A stretch of DNA of 64,000 nt from Tepidisphaera sp. (GCA_050916045.1 CP051526.1:2144001-2208000), one strand, 5' to 3'; positions 1 through 9,994 are shown, counted from the first letter of the stretch. Notes: generated from the sequence alone by a model not told the origin. A program made the numbers and translations.

Positions 1-711
1 CAGGTGGGCGGGCCGTGGCTGAGCATCCTCATCACGGTGCTCTGGATCGTGGGCGTGACCAACGCGATGAACTTCATCGACAACATGGACGGGCTTTCGG
101 GGGGCGTGGGCGCGATCGCGGCGGGGTGTTTCCTCGCGGCGGCGCTGCTCCACGGGCAATGGTTCGTCGCGGGGTGTCTGGCGCTGCTCATCGGGTCCTT
201 GCTCGGGTTTCTCCTCTTCAACGCTCCGAAGTCCGCCGAGAAAGGAGCGAGCATCTTCATGGGCGACTCGGGGTCGCTGGTGCTCGGGTTCACGCTCGCG
301 TTTCTGACGGTGCGCACGACGTACGTCGCCGAGCCCGGCTCGACGACCGTGGAAGGGATGCCGATCCCCGCCGGCGGGTGGTACGGCGTCTTCATGCCCA
401 TCGTCGTGCTCGCGGTGCCGCTCTACGACATCCTCTCCGTCACGATCATCCGCCTGCGGATGGGCAAAAGCCCGCTGGTCGCAAGCCCGCACCACATCTC
501 GCACCGCCTGGTCTCCTACGGCCTCTCCAAACGCGATGCGGTCGTCGTGATCTGGGGCCTCACGGCGATCACGGGCCTGATGGGCGTCATGCTCGGAAGC
601 CTGGCACCGTGGCAAGCCGTCCTCGCCGGGGGTCAGACGATCCTGATCTTCCTCGTGCTGGCGGTCTTTGAGACCAAGCTCGCGGGCCGCGGGCGACTTC
701 CGCCGCTCTAG
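1..711 (+). CDS. MraY/WecA-family glycosyltransferase 4 (undecaprenyl-phosphate sugar-1-phosphate transferase), 5'-truncated by window edge
   Basis: Multi-TM protein with NAMNFIDNMDGL, IFMGDSGS and HHISHRL motifs typical of the family. Confidence 0.88.
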   Translation, partial: QVGGPWLSILITVLWIVGVTNAMNFIDNMDGLSGGVGAIAAGCFLAAALLHGQWFVAGCLALLIGSLLGFLLFNAPKSAEKGASIFMGDSGSLVLGFTLAFLTVRTTYVAEPGSTTVEGMPIPAGGWYGVFMPIVVLAVPLYDILSVTIIRLRMGKSPLVASPHHISHRLVSYGLSKRDAVVVIWGLTAITGLMGVMLGSLAPWQAVLAGGQTILIFLVLAVFETKLAGRGRLPPL

Positions 712-731
712 CCCCCCCGCTATAACTCGCC

Positions 732-1730
732 ATGCAACGCCTGCGTGTCATCGACTCCCACACCGAGGGTGAGCCCACCCGCATCATCATCGACGGTGGC
801 CCCGACCTCACCCAGGGGGCCTCGGGCGTCTCCGCCGCCGCTCAGCGCGAGGTCTTTCGCGCCAGGTTCGACCAGATCCGGCAAGCGGTCGTCCGCGAGC
901 CGCGCGGAGCGGACTTTCTCGTCGGCGCGATGATCGTCCCGGCCTCCTCGGAACGCTGCGTCTGCGGCGTCATCTTCTTCAACAACGTCGGCTTCCTCAA
1001 CGGCTGCGGGCACGGCACCATCGGCCTGGCCGCGACCCTCCGCCACCTCGGCAAACTCGACGGCATCGACGGCTCCTTCGCGGTCGAGACCCCCGTCGGC
1101 GAGGTCGGCGTGAAAGCCGAGCCGGACGGGTCCTTCACCATCACCAACGTCCCCTCGTTCCGCTCGGCCAAGGATGTTGCCGTCACGATCAAGTGGCGGG
1201 GCGAATTCATCAGGGTCGTCGGCGACGTCGCGTGGGGCGGCAACTGGTTCTATCTCGTCAAGAACCACGGGCAGGAGATCAGTTCCGGCAACATCCTCGC
1301 CCTCACGGAGTTCGCCTCCGCTGTTCGCGAAGCCCTCGATCAAGCCGACATCCGCGGGAAGTTCCCCCCCGCGCCCGACGGCAGCGAGGGCGCGACCGGC
1401 ATCATCGACCACATCGAGCTCTTCGGCCCGCCCACGCGTCAGGACTGCCGGAGCAAGAACTTTGTCCTCTGCCCGGGCCGCGAGTATGACCGCTCACCCT
1501 GCGGCACCGGCACCAGCGCCAAGGTCGCCTGCCTCGCCGCCGAGGGCCTGCTCCGCGCGGGCGAATCCTGGGGACAGGAGAGCATCATCGGCAGCAAGTT
1601 CACCGCCAGGTACGCCCTCTCCGTCGCCGGCCCCGGCGTGATCCCGATGATCACCGGCCACGCCCACATCACGGCCGAAAGCACGCTCATCCTGAGCGAC
1701 GCGGACCCGTTCCGCTACGGGATCTCCTGA
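732..1730 (+). CDS. Proline racemase family protein (4-hydroxyproline epimerase-like)
   Basis: IDSHTEGEPTR N-terminus; both catalytic Cys motifs present (NGCGHG and DRSPCGTGT). Confidence 0.9.
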   Translation: MQRLRVIDSHTEGEPTRIIIDGGPDLTQGASGVSAAAQREVFRARFDQIRQAVVREPRGADFLVGAMIVPASSERCVCGVIFFNNVGFLNGCGHGTIGLAATLRHLGKLDGIDGSFAVETPVGEVGVKAEPDGSFTITNVPSFRSAKDVAVTIKWRGEFIRVVGDVAWGGNWFYLVKNHGQEISSGNILALTEFASAVREALDQADIRGKFPPAPDGSEGATGIIDHIELFGPPTRQDCRSKNFVLCPGREYDRSPCGTGTSAKVACLAAEGLLRAGESWGQESIIGSKFTARYALSVAGPGVIPMITGHAHITAESTLILSDADPFRYGIS

Positions 1731-1731
1731 C

Positions 1732-2487
1732 ATGACCGAGCCGGCGCAGGAGCCATCGCTTGCGGGCCGCGAAGAAGCCCATCTCCGCGAGATCGCGGTG
1801 CGTTGCGAGCGACTTTCCTCCTCGCGCTGGATCGACCTCGCCCCCGCGATCCTCGCCGGCGCGTTCTGCGGGATGTCGGCGTTCATGCTCTTCATGCCGA
1901 TGGTGTACCGGTCGCTGGCGCAGATGCCCGCGGCCCCCGGAGAGAACTGGCTCATCGATTCGGCCCGGGCCCTGCAGTGGACCGCCCGCGTCTGGACCAT
2001 CCTGGGCCTGATCGCCCTGATCTTCGTTGGTCCCAGGATCGCCCGCTGGATAGCGGATTGGCGGCTCAAAAGCACGACCCTTCCCGAGCTTCGCAGGTGG
2101 CGGAAGGTGCGCCGTCGAAAGAGCCCGCGGTGGCTCTGGCCGGCTTTGTCCATCCCGATCCTCGCCGTTTACCTGATTGCGCCGTGGCAGGTCTCCGCGC
2201 TCATCACCGCCAAGGTGCTCGCGGATGCGGCGGGCGTCACGATCGCTCTTGCGTGGTTCGGCAGGGTCGGCAACACGCTCGTCTGCGCTCGCTGCGACTA
2301 CGCGATGTCCTCGTGGTTCGGAGCACCCGACAAGTGCTCGGAGTGCGGCAACGACTGGAAAGCCCCGTGGGGCGCACGCCTGGGCATCCGCACCGTCCGC
2401 TGGTGGTGGGTCGGGATCGGCGCGGGGATGCTCACCCTCTCGCTGGGGCTGATCTTCATCTTCCTGCGGTGGATCATCAACCGCTGA
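1732..2487 (+). CDS. Hypothetical membrane protein with CxxC...CxxC zinc-ribbon
   Basis: Several hydrophobic segments; CARCDY...CSECG; starts 1 nt after the upstream stop. Confidence 0.65.
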   Translation: MTEPAQEPSLAGREEAHLREIAVRCERLSSSRWIDLAPAILAGAFCGMSAFMLFMPMVYRSLAQMPAAPGENWLIDSARALQWTARVWTILGLIALIFVGPRIARWIADWRLKSTTLPELRRWRKVRRRKSPRWLWPALSIPILAVYLIAPWQVSALITAKVLADAAGVTIALAWFGRVGNTLVCARCDYAMSSWFGAPDKCSECGNDWKAPWGARLGIRTVRWWWVGIGAGMLTLSLGLIFIFLRWIINR

Positions 2488-2504
2488 TCACCTTCCAAGG
2501 GGCC

Positions 2505-3347
2505 TTAGAACCGGTGCAGCGCCGACTTGGCCTCCGGCGGCTTGACGTTCAGAATCGCCCGGGCGAGCGTGAGATCCTCCGGCGTCGTGATCTTGATGTT
2601 CCTCGGATCCCCCGGGCAGATCGCGACGCGCTCACCCCCACCCGCCAGGCCCAGCCGCTCCACCAGCCCCGCATCGTCCGTGCTCGACAGGTCCTTCTGC
2701 GCGTACGCCCGACGCAGCAGCTCGGCCCGGAAGACCTGCGGCGTCTGCACCAGGACCAGGCTCGACCGATCCAGCGTTTCTTCCACCACGCTCAGCTTCT
2801 CGCCCGACTTGGGCGAAGCCCCCAGGATCGCCGCGATCGGATCATCATCCACCGCCCGAGGCTCATCCGTCACCCGCACGCGCTTGACCGTGTCCGCGCA
2901 CGCCACCGCCGGGATCACCGCCGCGTGCGTCCGGGCCATCTCGACCACCGACTCCAGCAGCCGGGGATCCAGGCACGGCCGGGCCGCATCGTGCACCGCG
3001 ATGTGCGTCGCCGAAGCCGGGACCGCCGCCAGCGCCGCCGCGACCGACTCGTACCGGTGCGTCTTCCCGCCCCGCACGATCACCGCTCCAAGCAGCCCCA
3101 GCCGGTCCCCGTGCTTGCGGCGGAACTCCGCGTACGCCTCCTCCTCGTGCGGCCCCGCGATCACGATGTGCTTGACGTCGTCGTGCTTGGAGAAGACCTC
3201 GACGGCCCGGTGCAGCACCGTCTTCCCGCCCAGGTCCTCCTCGAGTTTGTGCCGGCCGATCCCGCCCGTCGCCCCGGACGCGTTCCCGGACGCTTGCGAG
3301 TACCGGGTGGATGCCCCCGCCGCCGCGATGATGACTGCGATCTCCAT
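2505..3347 (-). CDS. ispD: 2-C-methyl-D-erythritol 4-phosphate cytidylyltransferase (IspD/TarI family)
   Basis: IIAAAGASTR, VHDAARP, VQTPQVF, TDDA and NIKITTPEDL motifs; start reassigned to ATG at 3347 (MEIAVII). Confidence 0.9.
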   Translation of the reverse strand: MEIAVIIAAAGASTRYSQASGNASGATGGIGRHKLEEDLGGKTVLHRAVEVFSKHDDVKHIVIAGPHEEEAYAEFRRKHGDRLGLLGAVIVRGGKTHRYESVAAALAAVPASATHIAVHDAARPCLDPRLLESVVEMARTHAAVIPAVACADTVKRVRVTDEPRAVDDDPIAAILGASPKSGEKLSVVEETLDRSSLVLVQTPQVFRAELLRRAYAQKDLSSTDDAGLVERLGLAGGGERVAICPGDPRNIKITTPEDLTLARAILNVKPPEAKSALHRF

Positions 3348-3470
3348 AGCCCGAACCATACCCCCCCACCCCCACCCCCACCCCCACTCCAACGCCCCAA
3401 CGCCCCCACACTTTCCGCCTCCCGAAGCCAGGCCCGGGAGCGATCCCGAGCTTCCACCGGCCCCAAACAG

Positions 3471-3670
3471 CGATGTTTTGCCGCTCAACAACGGTGTTTT
3501 GCTTCGCAAAAAGAGTTTTTGGCATCGCAACAATCGTGTTTTTCGTCGAGGCTGGGACGTTGCGCCGCGCCGCAACGATGTTTTGCCTCGCAACAACGAT
3601 GTTTCGCTTCGCAAAAAGAGTTTTTGGCAGCTCAACAAGAGTGTTTTGCCGCCCAACAACGATGTTCTCG
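3471..3670. repeat. Degenerate 21-bp tandem repeat, about 9.5 units, intergenic
   Basis: Contiguous units such as cgatgttttgccgctcaacaa, cggtgttttgcttcgcaaaaa and gagtttttggcatcgcaacaa; exact 21-nt register from 3471 to 3659 plus a partial unit. Confidence 0.85.
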
Positions 3671-3935
3671 GGGGCACCGATGCCCCCACCCTGCCCCACC
3701 CTCCCGCAAGGCCCCAAAGGTCCCCCGCTTCCCATTTCCGGGGGAGCCATCTTTCCTCTCCCGCCGCTCGGACTCGGGCCGGGCCCAAAGCCGGGGGATC
3801 CCCTGGTCAGTCTTTGCGCGATATTTGCGTCGTCTCAGGGCCCGGGGAGGGTCGTTCGTCTATGCTTCCTCCCGAGAGACAGGACCCGGCTTTCCGCGCC
3901 GGGCCATACATGTGGCACCCTTTGAGGAGATGATA

Positions 3936-4658
3936 ATGAAGACTGTCGTTTTGTCGTTGGTTGTTGGTACCGCTGCGCTCGCTTCGAGCGCTCAGGCCGA
4001 CCTGATCGCCTATTGGAACTTCAACGCGAGCACCGCCGGTTCCGGCGGCGGCTTGGGCACGGTCGATCAGACCTACCCCTTCGCGGCCAACCAGGGCTCG
4101 GGCTCGATCTACACGAACTTCTCGATCAACACCGTCGCCGGCGCCGCTTCGTCCAACACGGGCGACCTGGGCACCTTCGGCGGCACCCTCACCAACGCGA
4201 TCGCCCCGGACGCCGCGGGCGGCTCCCTCGCCCTCCGCGCTGGCAACGGCGTCAACAGCGGCGTGACCAACAACGGCAAGTACGTTGAGTTCCGCCTCAA
4301 CGCCGGCCTCTTCGCCGACGACATCGTCCTGACCTACGCCTCGCAGCGTTCGGGCACGGGCTTCACCACCCAGCAGTGGCAGTACTCGACCGACGGCGGC
4401 ACGACGTACGTCAACTTCGCCACGGTTTCGGGCATCCCGAGCTCCTTCGGCTCCGTGGTCCAGACCGTTGACTTCTCCGCCGCCGACCTCGGCGGCTACG
4501 CCGACCTCCGCTTCCGCGTGGTCGTCGATGGCGCGACCAACCAGGGCGGCAACAACCGCCTCGACAACATCCAGTTCAACGCCTCCGCCATCCCGACCCC
4601 CGGCGCCCTCGCGCTGCTCGGTCTGGGCGGTCTGGTCGTCGGCCGTCGCCGCCGCTAA
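3936..4658 (+). CDS. PEP-CTERM sorting-domain protein
   Basis: RBS GAGGAG at 3924-3929; signal peptide (ASSAQA|D); C-terminal IPTPGALALLGLGGLVVGRRRR. Confidence 0.92.
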   Translation: MKTVVLSLVVGTAALASSAQADLIAYWNFNASTAGSGGGLGTVDQTYPFAANQGSGSIYTNFSINTVAGAASSNTGDLGTFGGTLTNAIAPDAAGGSLALRAGNGVNSGVTNNGKYVEFRLNAGLFADDIVLTYASQRSGTGFTTQQWQYSTDGGTTYVNFATVSGIPSSFGSVVQTVDFSAADLGGYADLRFRVVVDGATNQGGNNRLDNIQFNASAIPTPGALALLGLGGLVVGRRRR

Positions 4659-4700
4659 GCGGTGATCGATCCGGTGATCGACCCCTGATTCACACTTCCA

Positions 4701-4740
4701 AAGCCCCCCGGGTCCGCAAAGCCCGGGGGGCTTCGTTTTT
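4701..4740 (+). terminator. Intrinsic terminator after the PEP-CTERM gene
   Basis: Stem aagccccccggg / cccggggggctt followed by cgttttt. Confidence 0.85.
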
Positions 4741-4808
4741 ACCCCCCCACTCCCGCCCCCACTCCCACCCCCGTCCCGCGTCCAGCCCGCCGCGGGTATG
4801 CTGCGGCC

Positions 4809-5144
4809 ATGATGAGCCGCTCCTCCGCGTTCTGGGCACTCCCCACCATCGTGCTCGCCGCCACACTCGGCGGCTGTGAGCCCAAGCTCACCACCGAGAA
4901 GTTCGCCCAGCTCAAGACCGGCATGACCATCGATGAGGTCTTCGCCATCCTCGGCCCCGGCGAGAAGCAGACCGAAGGGCAGGCCGGAGCCGTCGCGGCC
5001 GGGATGATGATGGGCCTCCCCGGCGGCGGCGGAAAGAAAGCCGAGTCCGACCGCGAGTTCTTCACGTGGAAGGAAGACCGCGTCGAGATCGGCATCACCT
5101 TCGAGAAGGGCAAGCTCGTCGACAGGGTTCAACGCGGCCTCTAG
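4809..5144 (+). CDS. Small lipoprotein (SmpA/BamE/DUF3862-like)
   Basis: Lipobox LGGC; FAQLKTGMTIDEVFAILG motif. Confidence 0.7.
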   Translation: MMSRSSAFWALPTIVLAATLGGCEPKLTTEKFAQLKTGMTIDEVFAILGPGEKQTEGQAGAVAAGMMMGLPGGGGKKAESDREFFTWKEDRVEIGITFEKGKLVDRVQRGL

Positions 5145-5168
5145 GCCCCAGTCAGTCTTCCCAACAAG

Positions 5169-5198
5169 AAACGGGCGGCGCCATCGCGCCGCCCGTTT
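5169..5198. terminator. Probable bidirectional terminator between convergent genes
   Basis: Hairpin aaacgggcggcgc-catc-gcgccgcccgttt with A-rich left and T-rich right flanks. Confidence 0.75.
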
Positions 5199-5234
5199 GC
5201 TCTTTCGTGTCCCGGCCGATGATTTCCGGATCCG

Positions 5235-6578
5235 TTACTTCTTGGCCGCCAGCGCCTTGTCGATCAGCTCGGCGAGGTGCTCTTCCTCGCCCGGGCCAAA
5301 GCCCGAGCCCGAGTGGAGGATCTTGCCGTCGCCATCGATCAGGATCAGCGTCGGGATGCCGGGCACCTGATACTGCGTCGCGAGGTCATCGCCCTTGAGC
5401 AGCAGCGTGTAGGTGAAGTTCTTCTTCTTCATGTAGTCCACCGCCGCGGAGGAATCCTTCTCCCAGCAGTTGATGCCGATGATCGAGACCGGCTTGTCCT
5501 TGTACTTCTCGTGGAGCTTCTGGATCGACGGCATCGCCTGCTTGCAGGGGCCGCACCAGGTCGCCCAGAAGTCAAGCAGCACGACGCGGCCCTTGAGGCT
5601 GGCGAGGGTGACTTCCTTGCCGTCGGGATCCTGAAGCTTGAAGTCAAGGGCCTGCGAGCCGACCTCGGCTTTGAGCTCGGGGGTGCCGGACTGCAGGCCG
5701 AGCTTGTCGGGGGTGACGGCTTCGGCCGCGTAACCCTCGGGGGCCTTGAGGGCGAAATCGTCGGCCTTGAGGCCGGCGTTGATCTTCATGTCGGTCATCT
5801 CGCCCTTGGTGGACCAGCCTTCCATGCCGGCCATCTCGGGTCCGCCGTTCTCGATCTTGACGGTCGACTCGAACTTCCGGACGATCTTGTCCTCATCCGA
5901 AATGTGCTTGACGCTGGTGAGGACCATGCGCGGGGCGGGCTTCTTCTCTTCCTTGCTCTCGCCCTCGGCTTCCTCTTCCTGCGGGAGGGTCATGACCTCG
6001 ACCTGGCGGATGACCTTGCACTTGACGCCGGCGACCTCTTCATCCGCGAGGAACGTGACGGACTGGGTCTTGACCATCGGGTTGGGGAAGAGGTCCTCCA
6101 TCAGCCACTGCGGAAGAATGTTCCAGATCGGCTCGGGGGGCATGTTCGCCGGCGCGTCGAGCGCCGCGGTCAGCAGTTTTTTACCCTCGTGGTCGAGCTT
6201 CTGAAGCTGTTTGCCGTTGGTCGCCCACTCTGAGGTGACCGCACCTTTCTCATCGTGCATCGCGACTTTGTAGAACTCGATGGGGAAACCGCGGATCTTC
6301 TCCGGGATCGTGAGCGTCACCACGCCCTGGGCTTTCTGAGCACCCATGCCGCCTTCGGTCGAGGATTTGACCTTGTAGGTGATGTCGCGGAGCTTCTTGA
6401 CCGCTTCCTTGGAAGCGGCGACGAGCTTTTCGGCCGCGGGGTCGATCGTGGTGTCGGCCTTGATGTCCTTCTTGGCTTCGGGAGCGGCCGGCTGTGCCTT
6501 GCCGGCGTCCTGAGCCAGCGACAGCGCCGGCGTCGCGGCGAGCAGAACCAACGAAGCGATACGGGAAATGGTCTTCAC
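5235..6578 (-). CDS. Secreted TlpA/redoxin-family thiol-disulfide oxidoreductase with large N-terminal domain
   Basis: C-terminal LDFWATWCGPCK...GIPT; signal peptide; GTG start at 6578 with GAAAGGA RBS. Confidence 0.85.
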   Translation of the reverse strand: MKTISRIASLVLLAATPALSLAQDAGKAQPAAPEAKKDIKADTTIDPAAEKLVAASKEAVKKLRDITYKVKSSTEGGMGAQKAQGVVTLTIPEKIRGFPIEFYKVAMHDEKGAVTSEWATNGKQLQKLDHEGKKLLTAALDAPANMPPEPIWNILPQWLMEDLFPNPMVKTQSVTFLADEEVAGVKCKVIRQVEVMTLPQEEEAEGESKEEKKPAPRMVLTSVKHISDEDKIVRKFESTVKIENGGPEMAGMEGWSTKGEMTDMKINAGLKADDFALKAPEGYAAEAVTPDKLGLQSGTPELKAEVGSQALDFKLQDPDGKEVTLASLKGRVVLLDFWATWCGPCKQAMPSIQKLHEKYKDKPVSIIGINCWEKDSSAAVDYMKKKNFTYTLLLKGDDLATQYQVPGIPTLILIDGDGKILHSGSGFGPGEEEHLAELIDKALAAKK

Positions 6579-6710
6579 AAGCGTCCTTTCGGTTCGGCCC
6601 GGAACCGGCGAGCGAGCCGGTCTCCTGAGGGCCTTACGGTGAACAATACCCCCGGAGCAGGCGGGAGGTTTCAGAGCCGTCCGTCCGGCCATCCCGTGGT
6701 TCTCCACCCC

Positions 6711-7358
6711 TCACCCGTGCGGGCGGCAGGCTTCGGCGACCCGGTCCCGGAGCACCTCCGCCTGGGTCAGAAGGTGTTCGCTTCTGGCGACGGCCGGGGC
6801 ACGGTCCGCTTCCGGCAGCGACCCGGCGTTCACCTTGACGTTCCAGATGCTGCTCGCGGCGGTCGCGAGGGCCAGTTCGGCCGCGATCCCAAGGTCGCTG
6901 TGGAGCATCGTGTTGGACCGGGGGGCGACCTCAAGATAAAGCCTGAGGAGGTCGACCGCCGCCGCCGCCACGGCCGTCGGAACCTGCACCGCCGCTTGCA
7001 CCGCCGCGGGCATCTCCGCTTCCCGCCGGGCATCCCCCGGGGGGAGCTTCATGAGTTCGTTGACCAGCCCGTACGCGGCTTCGTCCTCGCGGGCCAGCGT
7101 CATCATCAGGGTCCGCGCCCGCTCGAGCCGGTGCTGGACCTCGGCCAGCCAGCCGGCGTGCTCGGCCAAGCTCTTCTTCGAAACCGAGTACGACACCACC
7201 ATCCCCGCCAAAGCCGCCGACAACGCCCCAACCGACGACGCGACCGCTCCGCCGCCGGGCGTGGGCGTCTTGGCGGCGATCGACGCGAGGTATTCCTCGA
7301 AGGAGGGCGAGCGGGAACCGGCGGGCGTGCCGGGAGCGGGCGAAGGTGAGGATGACAT
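6711..7358 (-). CDS. Cyclodeaminase/cyclohydrolase family protein (FTCD_C)
   Basis: PTPGGGAVAS...GMVVSYS, EDEAAY and NVKVN motifs. Confidence 0.85.
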   Translation of the reverse strand: MSSSPSPAPGTPAGSRSPSFEEYLASIAAKTPTPGGGAVASSVGALSAALAGMVVSYSVSKKSLAEHAGWLAEVQHRLERARTLMMTLAREDEAAYGLVNELMKLPPGDARREAEMPAAVQAAVQVPTAVAAAAVDLLRLYLEVAPRSNTMLHSDLGIAAELALATAASSIWNVKVNAGSLPEADRAPAVARSEHLLTQAEVLRDRVAEACRPHG

Positions 7359-7431
7359 GCCTGAGTGTACCGCGGCGGGTCGTCGGTCCAACTCGTCGGT
7401 CCAAGAAGAGCGGCTGCGGTACCATGTGATC

Positions 7432-8454
7432 ATGCTCGTGCCGCTGATCCTCGCCGCCGCTTCGCTCCCGGTTTCCGTGCTTCAGCCGGCGGGCAACGCT
7501 CCCCAGCCGGCTGCGGCCGAGGTGCGGGAAGCCGAGCAGCCGCTTCGCTGGAACTGGCAGAAGGGTGCCTCCACGCGGTACAACGTCACGCAGTCGATTG
7601 AGACTTCCGCCGAAGGTTTGCTGGAGTACAGCCTCAGCCAGACGCAGAACCAGCGGATCCTTGTCGAGGTCGAGGACGTCTCGCCCGCCGGGGACGCTTC
7701 GCTCAGGCTCACGCTCGAATCGATCGAGGTCACCACCATTCCAGCCAAGGGTGCTCAGCCGGTGGTGGTGTCGAGCCAAGCCAAGCCGACCAACGAGGAG
7801 TTCGACCCCTCCGGGCCGTGCCGCGCCCTGGTGGGCCTCTCGCTCACGGTGGTCACCGGCCCCGACGGCACCCTCCGCGAGATCCGCGGCATCCCGGCAC
7901 TCAAGGAGCGTGTGAAAGCCGTGCTCGCCGAGCCGCCCACGCTCGCCAACCTCGCTGCGGATGTCCTCGTGTCGTTCGAGGAGATTCAGCTTCGAAGCAG
8001 GATCGAGCCAGCGCTGGTCCTTGAACCCAAGGAGCCGCGCACCAAGCCCGCGCCCATCAACTTCCGGGGGCTGGGCACGGTTCTGGCCGATCAAGCCATC
8101 GCCACCTCGTCGAACGCCGGCATCGTCACCGTTCACCGCACGACGGATTTCTCCCTCCTCACGCCGAACACCGACGACATCACCACCCAGTTCGACGTGT
8201 CGCTGAGCGAAGCTCGCGAGGAGGGCGAGAGCTCTCTGGACCCCCGTGCCGGCGTCGTCCGAAAGGTCGCGTCCTCGCTCAAGCTCACGACGGTGCTGAC
8301 GCCGAAGAAGCCCTCGGCGGAGATGAAGAAGACCACCCGCACGCTCTCGCAGACGATCCTCATCGAGCCGGTGTCGGAAAGCGGAGCGGCTTTGCCTGCA
8401 ACTCCGGCCGTCACTCCACCGCCGACTCCGCCCGCAGCGCCTGAAAAGCCTTGA
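7432..8454 (+). CDS. Secreted hypothetical protein (DUF6263-like)
   Basis: Signal peptide from ATG 7432; LRWNWQKG...Y.V.Q beta-rich pattern; 3' end overlaps the photolyase gene by 44 nt. Confidence 0.6.
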   Translation: MLVPLILAAASLPVSVLQPAGNAPQPAAAEVREAEQPLRWNWQKGASTRYNVTQSIETSAEGLLEYSLSQTQNQRILVEVEDVSPAGDASLRLTLESIEVTTIPAKGAQPVVVSSQAKPTNEEFDPSGPCRALVGLSLTVVTGPDGTLREIRGIPALKERVKAVLAEPPTLANLAADVLVSFEEIQLRSRIEPALVLEPKEPRTKPAPINFRGLGTVLADQAIATSSNAGIVTVHRTTDFSLLTPNTDDITTQFDVSLSEAREEGESSLDPRAGVVRKVASSLKLTTVLTPKKPSAEMKKTTRTLSQTILIEPVSESGAALPATPAVTPPPTPPAAPEKP

Positions 8455-9883
8455 TCGCGGCTTCACGCGAGGTCGACAGATCCACGATCGGATCCGGGTA
8501 GGCGAGACGCGCCCGAGCGAGCGGCGCGAGGTCTTCGTGCGGCGCGTGCACGGCGTCGCCCTCGACATCCGCGAGTTCGGTCACCCAGCGGCGTATGAAC
8601 GTCCCGTCGGGGTCGATCTTCCGGCTCTGACTGATGGGGTTGAAGATGCGGAAGTAGGGCGCGGCGTCGGTCCCGGTGCTCGCCGACCACTGCCAGCCGC
8701 CGTTGTTGCTCGCGAAGTACCCGTCGACGAGGTTCTGCATGAAGAACCGCTCGCCCCACCGCCAGTCGATGAAGAGGTTTTTGGTGAGGAACATGGCGGT
8801 GATCATGCGCAGGCGGTTGTGCATCCAACCCGTTGCGGCGAGCTGTCGCATCCCGGCGTCGACGATGGGCACGCCCGTCCGACCGCGGCACCACGCGTCG
8901 AAATGCTCGCGATTCTGCGACCACTGAAGCCGCTCGGTCGAGGGCTGGAACGCTCGGTTCATGCAGACGCGGGGGAACCCGACGAGAACGTTGGTGAAGA
9001 ACTCCCGCCAGACCACCTCGCTGAGCCAGTGTGCCTGTCCGGGGGGCATCTTCATGAAGGTCTCGAGGCTGAGAGCTTCGGGCTTGATGTTCGCCGCGCG
9101 GAGGGCCGCGTGGATGCACTGCCGGGTCGAGAGCGCCCCGACCCCGAGGTAGGTTGAGAGCTTGCTGGTGCTGTCCAGGCTTGGGATATCGCGTTCATCC
9201 TTGTATCGCCTGATCGTCTCTGCGGCGAAGGCGGCGAGGAGCTTGCCCGCGTGCTCTTCCCCGGCGGGCCAGAGGGCGGGCTTGATGCGGGATTCAAAGC
9301 CGGGAACCGAAGCCGGGACCGAACTGGGCACGATCCCGGTGGGCTTTTGCGGCTTGGGTGCGTCGAAGAGGGGGACTCCGCCCTCTTCCTGCCACCGGCG
9401 GAGCCAAGCTTTGCGGAAGGGGGTGAAGACGCTGAAGACCCTGCCCTCACCCGTGCGGATGGTGCTGGAGGGGATCGCGACCTGGTCGTGAAACTCGTGG
9501 AAACCCAAGCCGTACGCCCGAAGCAACTCGGCGGCCGTCTCGTCGCGGCGTGCTTCGTCGATCTCGTATTCCCGGTTGGTGAAGACGTCCGAGCACCCCA
9601 TGTCCTTCGCATGCTCCACGACGATCGAGGGGACGTCTCCGGAGCGGTTGGCGGTGACGATGCGGAGCGGGATGTTGAGCGCGGAAAGCGACGCCGAGAG
9701 TTCTTTAAGCGTGCGCAGGATCAAGTCCACCCGCGCCGGCGCGTAGTCGTGCCCGCGCCACTGGTCCGGACAGATGACAAAGAGGCCGACCACGCCGGAA
9801 CCGACGCGGGTCGCGTGATGCAGCGCCGTGTTATCCCGGACCCGAAGGTCCGAGCGGAACCAGACGAGTGATCGCTCGTTCAA
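8411..9883 (-). CDS. phrB: Deoxyribodipyrimidine photolyase (class I CPD)
   Basis: WFRSDLRVRDN, WREFF, GWMHNRLRM, NNGGWQWSASTG and YFRIFNP motifs; TTG start with GGAGGT RBS. Confidence 0.95.
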   Translation of the reverse strand: MNERSLVWFRSDLRVRDNTALHHATRVGSGVVGLFVICPDQWRGHDYAPARVDLILRTLKELSASLSALNIPLRIVTANRSGDVPSIVVEHAKDMGCSDVFTNREYEIDEARRDETAAELLRAYGLGFHEFHDQVAIPSSTIRTGEGRVFSVFTPFRKAWLRRWQEEGGVPLFDAPKPQKPTGIVPSSVPASVPGFESRIKPALWPAGEEHAGKLLAAFAAETIRRYKDERDIPSLDSTSKLSTYLGVGALSTRQCIHAALRAANIKPEALSLETFMKMPPGQAHWLSEVVWREFFTNVLVGFPRVCMNRAFQPSTERLQWSQNREHFDAWCRGRTGVPIVDAGMRQLAATGWMHNRLRMITAMFLTKNLFIDWRWGERFFMQNLVDGYFASNNGGWQWSASTGTDAAPYFRIFNPISQSRKIDPDGTFIRRWVTELADVEGDAVHAPHEDLAPLARARLAYPDPIVDLSTSREAAIKAFQALRAESAVE

Positions 9884-9994
9884 GGGTGCACCTCCGGCTG
9901 ACGCTGCTCTATTCGTCGCCGGTCCCACGTCAGATTCCAAACCGCCACCCCCCATTCACTGAACCTTACGGCCCCCTGCCGCGAATAATCACTG

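Noticed and set aside
3471..3670. CRISPR array
   Set aside because: Units are contiguous and degenerate with no unique spacers, and there are no cas genes in the window.
1803..3935. 951-aa ORF 1803..4658 as one protein
   Set aside because: The upstream part is antisense shadow of ispD plus the repeat; the real gene starts at 3936 with an RBS and signal peptide.
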